Below, in pieces: positions 20,968 to 28,205 of a DNA stretch of 64,000 nt. The stretch is taken from contig CAZTFB010000001.1 of NCBI GenBank assembly GCA_964612595.1, positions 131,058 through 195,057 of the forward strand. The letters are read 5' to 3'. The notes beneath the pieces were generated by a model, which did no database searches, was not told the DNA's origin, and saw only the letters and a program-made list of their open reading frames with translations. Position 1 is the first letter of the stretch. Each line of letters opens with the position of its first letter. A program made the translations under genes and the position numbers. Source of the DNA: an uncultured Gammaproteobacteria bacterium (lineage in GTDB: Bacteria > Patescibacteriota > Microgenomatia > UBA1406 > HO2-37-13b).

Positions 20968-21216
20968 CTAGTCTTGATCTATATATGTTTCAAACATAAT
21001 CTTAGATGCATGTTCTACTGTTGAGTCTTTGCCGACCTCTCCACCAACTCCCAAGACCTTAATCCCAAGCTTTCCACCAGCCATGTCTTTTTTTGTTACC
21101 GCAATTTCAAAGCGAACAATTCCTTTATCAACTTTTAGCTTGTCAGTATGTGCCTCCCGAATCTGTCTAAGGCTTTCCGAGATAAAATCATTTAATTCAT
21201 TATTATCTTCTGCCAT
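20968..21216 (-). CDS. trypco2-like small protein
   Basis: 82 aa. N-terminal helix LNDFISESLRQIREA followed by VRFEIAVTKKDMAGGKLGIKVLGVGGEVGKDSTVEHASKIMFE. This is the pattern I associate with the trypco2 family (helix plus G-rich beta hairpins). Not database-verified. Confidence 0.55.
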   Translation of the reverse strand: MAEDNNELNDFISESLRQIREAHTDKLKVDKGIVRFEIAVTKKDMAGGKLGIKVLGVGGEVGKDSTVEHASKIMFETYIDQD

Positions 21217-21239
21217 ATATCTATTTATTAAACGTTTAA

Positions 21240-22133
21240 CTAGCCAGTTGCTTCTTTATCAGGCTCAATTCTAAAGTCTCCATCTTCTTTGTAATTCTTT
21301 TCGTTGTAAATTTCAATAAGGTCGGCAATTACCAAATACGTATATAAAACAACATCTTCTGCTTGCTTTTTTAGTGGTCGACTTTGATGAGCTCCACCTT
21401 GTGTTAAATCAACTGTATACTCTATTCTTTTCTTTAACTCCTCTAGATAAGTTTTTACAAGTTTTGATCTAGTTTTACTAGAAGTATCGACAAATTCCTT
21501 CAGTCTGTTAATATACTTTTGCTTATCTTGAGTGTCTTTAATAGGTGAAAGTAAATCAGAAATATCCATTAGCAAAGTCCGACATGAAGTAACTGCATTT
21601 TTCCAATCTTCTGAACTACTACCTCGTAGGTTTTGTTCAATAGAATTTAATCTATTTTCAACATCTGGAAATATTGTTCTAAGGGTTTCCTCTGTTCTTG
21701 ATCTCTTCATCTCGAAGATTGTCTGAGCAATATTTCCAAACTGCCACTTTTGAAATATATTAGATGCGAAGCCATATGCCTGAGAACGATAATTCGCCAT
21801 GGTTGAAACTAGATTTGACGTACTTGCTCTTAGAGAACTACGCTCGAAACTATTTCCAAAGCCGCTATTTATATACTGAGAGGGGTTTGCACTAGCTAAT
21901 GATACATTCGGATCTTTTGCTGATTCCATACTCACATTAAATGAACCAACGATGAAGGAGTTTGTTTCGGAGTATTTTGCCCAATCCTGAAATAACTTGA
22001 CATTGTGAGGCAGATTAACTAAAAGGGACAATCTAGAACATTTAAGTAGAATATTGTGAAGTGGAATCCTATTGTCTGTAATATCAACCATTATTTCTTT
22101 AGATAAGATTGTAATTTCCTCATTCTTCTCCAT
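21240..22133 (-). CDS. AbiTii-like N-terminal domain protein with helical C-terminal half (putative abortive-infection component)
   Basis: 297 aa. N-terminus ITILSKEIMVDITDNRIPLHNILLKCSRLSLLVNLPHNVKLFQDWAKYSE resembles the AbiTii domain layout. The C-terminal half is predicted helical (WKNAVTSCRTLLMDISDLL). The ORF is solid; the functional call is weak. Confidence 0.45.
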   Translation of the reverse strand: MEKNEEITILSKEIMVDITDNRIPLHNILLKCSRLSLLVNLPHNVKLFQDWAKYSETNSFIVGSFNVSMESAKDPNVSLASANPSQYINSGFGNSFERSSLRASTSNLVSTMANYRSQAYGFASNIFQKWQFGNIAQTIFEMKRSRTEETLRTIFPDVENRLNSIEQNLRGSSSEDWKNAVTSCRTLLMDISDLLSPIKDTQDKQKYINRLKEFVDTSSKTRSKLVKTYLEELKKRIEYTVDLTQGGAHQSRPLKKQAEDVVLYTYLVIADLIEIYNEKNYKEDGDFRIEPDKEATG

Positions 22134-22195
22134 ATTTTCTAAGAAATTTAAAGAGTAACATTTAACTTGAGTAAGTAATTGATGCCTATTATACC

Positions 22196-22387
22196 CTACT
22201 CATGCTTCCTTGAATACGCCGAAATGAAGACCACAAACAGGATGATGAAAATACCAGAATGAGCAAAATTTGGAATATCCTTGAGAATTTTTTCGTACAA
22301 AACCGTATAAAACCAAATAAAGCTTGTAAAGGGATTAAAGAATACTAGTTCTACGATTTCTTTGTAAAGTTGAACTAGTTTATTCAC
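22196..22387 (-). CDS. Small hydrophobic protein (63 aa, ~2 TM)
   Basis: 8-nt overlap with the upstream 218-aa gene suggests coupling. Strongly hydrophobic. Confidence 0.4.
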   Translation of the reverse strand: MNKLVQLYKEIVELVFFNPFTSFIWFYTVLYEKILKDIPNFAHSGIFIILFVVFISAYSRKHE

Positions 22388-23036
22388 AGTGTTCTTGTAC
22401 TAAACTATTTAATCGTAATTGAGAGCTATCGTACAATTCTTTTTTAGGCGCACAGACTACTTCACCCATTGGTGCCAGACAGCTGCTTCTACACGATTCA
22501 TACTGGGGGTTTATTTCATTTGCATCAGCACCACCTGAAAGCTTTTCCGAATACCAATCAGAACATCGCCCCAAACAGTTTCCTTTCTCAATACCGTGCT
22601 CGGCAAGACAATTAATGTACAGCTGAGAAAGTACGTTAGTATTATTGTTTGCCGTTTGAATTTGGCCTGCCTTCTCTTCTTTACACATTCGAACACTTGT
22701 ACCAACATTAACTAAGGATGTTTTGTTATCAACGTCAATCTGAGCTTGAATTGTCGTAGTAGTTGGTACAAGAGCCAATGTAGGTCGTTTAACTACTTTG
22801 TTGGGCTTTTCAGAAGGTGAGAGAGTTGGTTCCTTTGTAACAGTAGTTTCAAGGTTTTGACCTGAGGTTGGAGTGATTGGAGTTACACTTATGTCACTTT
22901 CAATTTCTAAAGGCTTGCTATGTGTTTGAATAGCATAACCGCCAACTCCAATACCAACTGCAGTTAAAATGATAATGATGAGAATAGATTTAGCTTGAGT
23001 AAGGACTAACTGTTGTAAGTATATCAATGCATTCAT
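22380..23036 (-). CDS. Membrane-anchored, Cys-rich exported protein (218 aa)
   Basis: N-terminal TM anchor (ILIIIILTAVGIGVGGYAI), T/P-rich linker, C-terminal domain with 8 Cys. Confidence 0.6.
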   Translation of the reverse strand: MNALIYLQQLVLTQAKSILIIIILTAVGIGVGGYAIQTHSKPLEIESDISVTPITPTSGQNLETTVTKEPTLSPSEKPNKVVKRPTLALVPTTTTIQAQIDVDNKTSLVNVGTSVRMCKEEKAGQIQTANNNTNVLSQLYINCLAEHGIEKGNCLGRCSDWYSEKLSGGADANEINPQYESCRSSCLAPMGEVVCAPKKELYDSSQLRLNSLVQEHCE

Positions 23037-23129
23037 GCCAGATTAATAATTCATTGCTGGCTGAAAACATAAGCTCTCCGCCAACACGACTTGTCCTTTC
23101 GGACTCATCCATAAGAGTTTCCCCTTATG

Positions 23130-23174
23130 ACCTACACAAGGTTGCTGGACGGAGAGCTTCCGTCCCTTGTGTAG
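23130..23174. repeat. Nested 45-nt hairpin: 11-bp outer stem CCTACACAAGG/CCTTGTGTAGG enclosing a 6-7 bp GC-rich inner stem
   Basis: Read directly. No flanking T-run on either strand, so it is not an intrinsic terminator. Confidence 0.8.
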
Positions 23175-23363
23175 GGTTTACTGCCATGCCCCAAGCAATA
23201 AATGCTTAGAGTTTAGGCATACTAATTAGAAGTTATTATATCAGAGCAATCCTAAGGGGGGGTACTATAGCGATGGGATGGGTCATAAATAAGTTGGGGG
23301 TAAAACACCTCACTAAATCGCACAAATTTTTTCTACGAAATATTGCTTGTTATACTAAGGAGT

Positions 23364-23744
23364 ATGCCAACTATAGCTGTTAAGTCACACAATCCTTTTG
23401 GTCTTACCTTAAAGCAAAAGCTTTTTATTGCTCATTTAGTGACCGATATACACAACGGAAAGCCTATCAGACCCAAAGACTCAGTAAAGAAAGTATATAC
23501 CGTTAAAAACGATTCTACAGCTCGTGTGATTGCATCGCAGAACTTAACAAAACTTAATATACAACAAGCATTGCAATATGAGCTTAAAAAGATCGGGATA
23601 ATCGGAGATGACTCAAAAACACAACTACGATTAATCGAAGGCCTTGACGCCGTGAACAATACAGGGGAAGTAGATTACATGACACGCCTACAGTACTTAC
23701 AAGAAATACATAAAGTAATTGGCTTATATGATGCGAACCATTAG
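23364..23744 (+). CDS. Terminase small subunit-like HTH protein
   Basis: ATG 23364 with AAGGAG upstream. LTLKQKLFIAHLV..(N)..ARVIASQNLTKLNIQQAL resembles the Terminase_2/P27 N-terminal HTH pattern. Recall-based. Confidence 0.5.
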   Translation: MPTIAVKSHNPFGLTLKQKLFIAHLVTDIHNGKPIRPKDSVKKVYTVKNDSTARVIASQNLTKLNIQQALQYELKKIGIIGDDSKTQLRLIEGLDAVNNTGEVDYMTRLQYLQEIHKVIGLYDANH

Positions 23745-23826
23745 ATAGCGGGACTTTTGCGGGGCGTTACACAAGTCGCCAGTCCTTTGTTGCTATTTAA
23801 TACTAATTTGATATATTTGGAAGCAC

Positions 23827-23855
23827 TTGACTTGATCCACTGTATCGCCTATGCT
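23827..23855 (+). promoter_or_regulatory. Sigma70-like promoter TTGACT-N17-TATGCT
   Basis: -35 at 23827-23832, -10 at 23850-23855. About 250 nt upstream of the small ORF and recombinase 1. Confidence 0.4.
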
Positions 23856-24102
23856 CCTAAGTTAACAAAACAATTAAATGACTAATCTGCGGACGAAGTC
23901 ATTTTAACTACATAGTTTTGGTAATCCTGTTTAACTTTATATTAGCTCAAATAAAGCGACAACAGAACTCCAAGATATATAAGGGTTAAAAGAGTCCAAA
24001 GGAGTCCTAGGTAATTGATGAGCCGCATCTTAATGATGTGATTATCAAGTTCCGGGACTCTTTTTTGTTGAGTGTAAAACTCGGTAATAATCAATTATTA
24101 CC

Positions 24103-24261
24103 ATGCTTACAGTTAAGCAAGCTAGGAAAGTACTAGGTATCGAATCTAGTGATTTATCAGATGAGGAAATCGAAGTAGAAATCGAGATAGCTTCGTACTT
24201 AAAAGAACTCTTTTTTGAAACACTATTGAAGAATAGCAATCACTTAATTCATGAAAAATAG
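24103..24261 (+). CDS. Small ORF (52 aa) immediately upstream of serine recombinase 1
   Basis: MLTVKQARKVLGIESSDLSDEEIEVEIEIASYLKELFFETLLKNSNHLIHEK. Below the ORF-track length cut-off. Ends 12 nt before recombinase 1. The listed antisense ORF 24045-24239 is its shadow. Confidence 0.35.
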   Translation: MLTVKQARKVLGIESSDLSDEEIEVEIEIASYLKELFFETLLKNSNHLIHEK

Positions 24262-24273
24262 TATTATCTTTCT

Positions 24274-25803
24274 ATGCTAAAACGAGCAGTAATCTACATT
24301 AGAGTCTCTGATCCTTCGCAGGTTGATAATAATAGTCTTGAGACACAGGAAGAAATATGTCGAAAGTACGCTGAGAGGAATGGATATGAAACAATATATG
24401 TATTTAAGGAAAAAGGGATAACAGGAAAACATACCAATAGAGATGAACTTAAAAAATTACTAATTTTCTGTTATCAAAAAAGGAATCAGGTAGACGCTGT
24501 CATTGTATACAAACTATGGCGTTTTTCGAGAAACACAGAGAATGGATTAGAATTAGAGAGCTATCTCAGTAAAAAAGGTATTCAAGTTCTATCCGCCTCA
24601 GAACCCATTTCGGATGATCCAATAGGAAGATTTGTAAGAACGATGATCTATGCAAGTGGTCAACTCGATAACGAAATAAAAGGAGCTATAGTCAAAGATA
24701 ATATGCAATCAGTATTTAGAAATGGCATCTGGTGCTGGAAGTGTCCAATGGGATATAAACGACCATTTAACACTAAGGAAGAAAATAAAGGTAAGCCTCC
24801 TGTAAAAATAATCGAATTAGAAGAGATTATTGCTTCTCTATTTCGGGAAGCATCCAAAGGAATATACTCTAGACAACAGCTTGCTAATAACATGAATATA
24901 AAGGGATATAAAAAATTCTCAGATTCAGAAGCAAGTAGCAAGATGGTAGAAAAAATTGTTAAGAATTCATTTTATTACGGATATATGTATGCTAAAAAAT
25001 GGAACGAATTTTCGTGGGGCAAACATGAACCCATGATAGATGAGAATACTTGGCGTGAAGCTAATATAAAGCTTTTTGGTAAGCATAGAAAATACAATAC
25101 GCAAGATAGTTTGCTGTTTCCGTTAAAAGGATTTTTAAAGTGCCAAATTTGTAACCACGAAATGACTTCAAGTAACCCTAAAGGGAGAAGCAAGCACTAC
25201 TTGCATTATGAATGTGGAAATAGAAATTGCAGGAAACTAAGGATTGATAAAGATAAAGCTCACGCAATGTTCATAGAGCTTCTGCATAGAGTTAAACCTA
25301 CTTCAAGAGTACAAAAGCTCTTTATGCATATGGTCTTCAGCGAATGGGACAAAACAATAGACACTTCAAAAGCTGAAATTAGTAAGCTGGATCAGCAGAT
25401 TAACTACTGCGAAAGCGAGTTACGACGTATAAGCCGCTCCTTTGAGAAACGTATTTATACTGAAGAAATGGCACAAAAGGAAGCTGATAAAATAAACCTC
25501 GAAATAGCTGTCCTCAGAGTAAGCAAATCGGATCTTAAAATTGATCAGTATGATGCTGAAAAAATTAGGAACTTTACAGAGCATTTTCTAGGAAACTTAG
25601 ACAATCTTTGGCTACGATTAGATAACCTTGCATTGAAGCAAACACTTCAGAATAAAATATTTCCTCTGGGAGTAATACTTACTAAGGATAAAGAAATTCG
25701 AACCACTACTTTATCGCCTGCTTTTGCTCTAATCAATACTCTTGGTGACGGTAATCTGACGCTTGGTGAGCCAGTTAAGTTTAGATTGGAACTCTGTAAT
25801 TGA
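24274..25803 (+). CDS. Large serine recombinase 1
   Basis: 509 aa. AVIYIRVSDPSQ catalytic-Ser motif, resolvase domain, recombinase domain, Cys-rich zinc-ribbon (CQICNHEM..YECGNRNC), coiled-coil C-terminus. Confidence 0.92.
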   Translation: MLKRAVIYIRVSDPSQVDNNSLETQEEICRKYAERNGYETIYVFKEKGITGKHTNRDELKKLLIFCYQKRNQVDAVIVYKLWRFSRNTENGLELESYLSKKGIQVLSASEPISDDPIGRFVRTMIYASGQLDNEIKGAIVKDNMQSVFRNGIWCWKCPMGYKRPFNTKEENKGKPPVKIIELEEIIASLFREASKGIYSRQQLANNMNIKGYKKFSDSEASSKMVEKIVKNSFYYGYMYAKKWNEFSWGKHEPMIDENTWREANIKLFGKHRKYNTQDSLLFPLKGFLKCQICNHEMTSSNPKGRSKHYLHYECGNRNCRKLRIDKDKAHAMFIELLHRVKPTSRVQKLFMHMVFSEWDKTIDTSKAEISKLDQQINYCESELRRISRSFEKRIYTEEMAQKEADKINLEIAVLRVSKSDLKIDQYDAEKIRNFTEHFLGNLDNLWLRLDNLALKQTLQNKIFPLGVILTKDKEIRTTTLSPAFALINTLGDGNLTLGEPVKFRLELCN

Positions 25804-25869
25804 CTTCTTCCAGCGCTTAAACACTACTTTCCAGCAACTTAGAATAGAAGTGCCTAATTATTATACCGT

Positions 25870-26493
25870 ATGAGTAACGACGCTGTTGTAAAAACCAGAG
25901 TAGGATTTGTTGAGGAAATTACCAAGGCTACCGACACTAAAGCTATTAAAACGAGCTTCCATGAGTTAGTTGCTTCTCTCTTGGGTAAGGAGGACAAAAA
26001 ACTAGAGCATATTCAGGAACTTGCAAAGAATTGGATAGGTGGAGACACAGAAGCAAGTAAGGCATTTAATGACGAAATAGAGGCATATTGTGAGCAGTTT
26101 CCCGTAGAAGTGGGTATACAACTCCGTAGCTCCCTCCATGTACTAGACAAAGACGCTAGCCTTGCCCTCCGAAGCAATTTAATTAAAGAGCATGGCATTA
26201 CTAAAATTACCGATAAGTTATTCCTAGACATAGCACTTAATGCCTATTTTAGAGCGCTTAGGTGTTCTGCTATTTATCATGCACTAATACAAAACAAGGA
26301 TGGAGAAATACAAATATCACAAGTCCGTACCAACTTCTTAAAAGAGCTAAGTAAGCAAATAGAAATGGCAAACGAGCAGTTTTATAGATTTATAAAGCAA
26401 CTTGAGAAAAATGACAGTCCACCCGTGAATGTAAAGATAAATACCAAGTCTACATTTATCGGTCAAAACCAACAATTTAACAAAAACGCCTAA
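25870..26493 (+). CDS. Hypothetical protein (207 aa, helical)
   Basis: Clean ATG ORF, no recognisable motif. Confidence 0.6.
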   Translation: MSNDAVVKTRVGFVEEITKATDTKAIKTSFHELVASLLGKEDKKLEHIQELAKNWIGGDTEASKAFNDEIEAYCEQFPVEVGIQLRSSLHVLDKDASLALRSNLIKEHGITKITDKLFLDIALNAYFRALRCSAIYHALIQNKDGEIQISQVRTNFLKELSKQIEMANEQFYRFIKQLEKNDSPPVNVKINTKSTFIGQNQQFNKNA

Positions 26494-26512
26494 TGATTTA
26501 GGAAAAAATGCT

Positions 26513-26830
26513 ATGAAAAAAAATCTTGTGGAAAACACACCTAGACTTACAACTAATATAGTTAGCAACTTAGGCTTGGCAGAAATGGAAAGTATTGTTA
26601 TAGAAAATCAAAAGGTAAACTTAACGACTACCAGTTGTAATTTTGGTGGTAAAAGATATTGGTTTACTTGTCCTAGGTGTACTTCCAGAGTTGGTACGCT
26701 TTTTTGTCCCTATGGAGAAGATTTATACGAGTGTAGGGTGTGTAAGGGTCTTAGGTATGAACTATCTATAAATCGGAGGTCAAAAAATGAACACTTTATT
26801 AAACTTTTGCACCAAATTAAGTCTCTATGA
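26513..26830 (+). CDS. Zinc-ribbon protein (105 aa)
   Basis: CNFGGKRYWFTCPRCTSRVGTLFCP..YECRVCKGLRY: two CxxC pairs. Confidence 0.6.
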   Translation: MKKNLVENTPRLTTNIVSNLGLAEMESIVIENQKVNLTTTSCNFGGKRYWFTCPRCTSRVGTLFCPYGEDLYECRVCKGLRYELSINRRSKNEHFIKLLHQIKSL

Positions 26831-28177
26831 GTTGCTAGGTGGTGGCGGGTTAGTTTGAGGTGGCTCTACTAGCCATCCATTCTGTTTTAAGAAAGCCTTT
26901 AATAAGTCGTCACTTACATCCTCATACCCCAAGCTCCAGTAAATCTCTTTGATAAAACTAATAGTGTGGTCTTGTAGGGATTGGTCGTTATGGAGCAACG
27001 AGGTTTCTATTTCTACTTTCCATAGGTATTTGTTTTTTAATGGTACTTCTTCATCCTCATGCCAGAACATCCCACCTCTATATCCGTTAGGGACGATACG
27101 TTTTAATTGCGCTCCATTTATTCCATCCAATTCTACGTATCCATAAATTGCACCTTGGTAGTTAAATTTTGTGTAGAAATTCTTTAGAGCTTTAAGAAAC
27201 ATAACGTAATAAACCGCTAGCGTCTCAATATAAATATGTTTTCTTCTCTCATCTACACGCAATACGTCATCTGCTAAAAAGAGTAATCCAGTAGAAAATA
27301 CTTGTTGGCAACTCAACCCACCGTCAAAAGAGTGCTGGAAGCGGAATACCCCCTCTTGGATAGGCTTTACGTTTAAGTCTGGAAAATCTGTACTCCCTTT
27401 CCTATACCTAATTTGCTCCATGTTTGTTTTAATATCCAACGGGGTACAAAGTGCTTTTTGAGGATAATAGGGCTGGGCTAATATGGTCAACATTGAAGTC
27501 TCACTACCAAGGGGCTTTTGGTAGTATTGTGAGTGATATGCTGGTGGTTGTTGTCCTTGTGCCTTAGCATTTTCAATCTGTTCTTGAAATTTTGCTTTTT
27601 CTACAGCGATAAGTTTTAGACGCTTTCTTTCTTCTGCTTTTAGCCCATCGTCGTAGTTTTCTTTGGCTATCCTTATATAATTCTCTCTAGCCAACCGTGC
27701 TTTATCTTTTTTACCAACCAATAGCTCAACTGCTTCTGGACTGGCAAGGCTAATTGGGTCTGTAATGTTTCCACTACGAACATAGATATTAGCCTCATTA
27801 TGGACATAATACGGCGTCCTATCTCCCTCATAAATCCTTACTAATATAAAAACTTTTCCATTTACTTCATTGGTTACGTGCAAGTCGTAGAGCGGTCTTG
27901 GGTCTACGGAAGTAGCGTATTGATGTATTTTATCCGCTAGCTTGCTATCAAAAGTAATGCCGTCAAAAACTACTGGTTTACCAGATTTGTCTTCTTCTAC
28001 TCCTATTATGATTACGCCACCTCTGCTATTGGAGAATGAGGCAAAATGCTTGGCGAGACCTTTACTTGGAAGTTCTTTTTTGTAATCTAACTGAAATCCC
28101 TCAATGTAACCCTGTTTACAGAACTCAACAACCTTTTCAAATGTGAAAGTGTCTATAGGTTTGCTTAGTATTTGCAT
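26825..28177 (-). CDS. AlbA_2 (Schlafen-type divergent AAA_4) domain protein with coiled coil and unknown C-terminal domain
   Basis: 450 aa. N-terminus FEKVVEFCKQGYIEGFQLDYKKELP..FASFSNSRGGVIIIGVEED matches the AlbA_2 pattern. Residues ~150-215 are K/E-rich coiled coil. The last ~230 aa are unrecognised. Confidence 0.75.
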   Translation of the reverse strand: MQILSKPIDTFTFEKVVEFCKQGYIEGFQLDYKKELPSKGLAKHFASFSNSRGGVIIIGVEEDKSGKPVVFDGITFDSKLADKIHQYATSVDPRPLYDLHVTNEVNGKVFILVRIYEGDRTPYYVHNEANIYVRSGNITDPISLASPEAVELLVGKKDKARLARENYIRIAKENYDDGLKAEERKRLKLIAVEKAKFQEQIENAKAQGQQPPAYHSQYYQKPLGSETSMLTILAQPYYPQKALCTPLDIKTNMEQIRYRKGSTDFPDLNVKPIQEGVFRFQHSFDGGLSCQQVFSTGLLFLADDVLRVDERRKHIYIETLAVYYVMFLKALKNFYTKFNYQGAIYGYVELDGINGAQLKRIVPNGYRGGMFWHEDEEVPLKNKYLWKVEIETSLLHNDQSLQDHTISFIKEIYWSLGYEDVSDDLLKAFLKQNGWLVEPPQTNPPPPSNS

Positions 28178-28205
28178 AATTTATTGTCATGTAATTGAGT
28201 TAGAT

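Noticed and set aside
23988-24066. AAAAGAGTCC ... GGACTCTTTT long-range pairing followed by a T-run, with an alternative upstream partner GGAGTCC (possible terminator/antiterminator)
   Set aside because: The loops are 47-57 nt with no convincing internal structure, which is too weak to call an attenuator without folding energies or conservation.
24045-24239. 64-aa minus-strand ORF upstream of recombinase 1
   Set aside because: It is antisense to a better-placed + strand 52-codon ORF (24103-24261) that reads co-directionally into the recombinase. No RBS is present.
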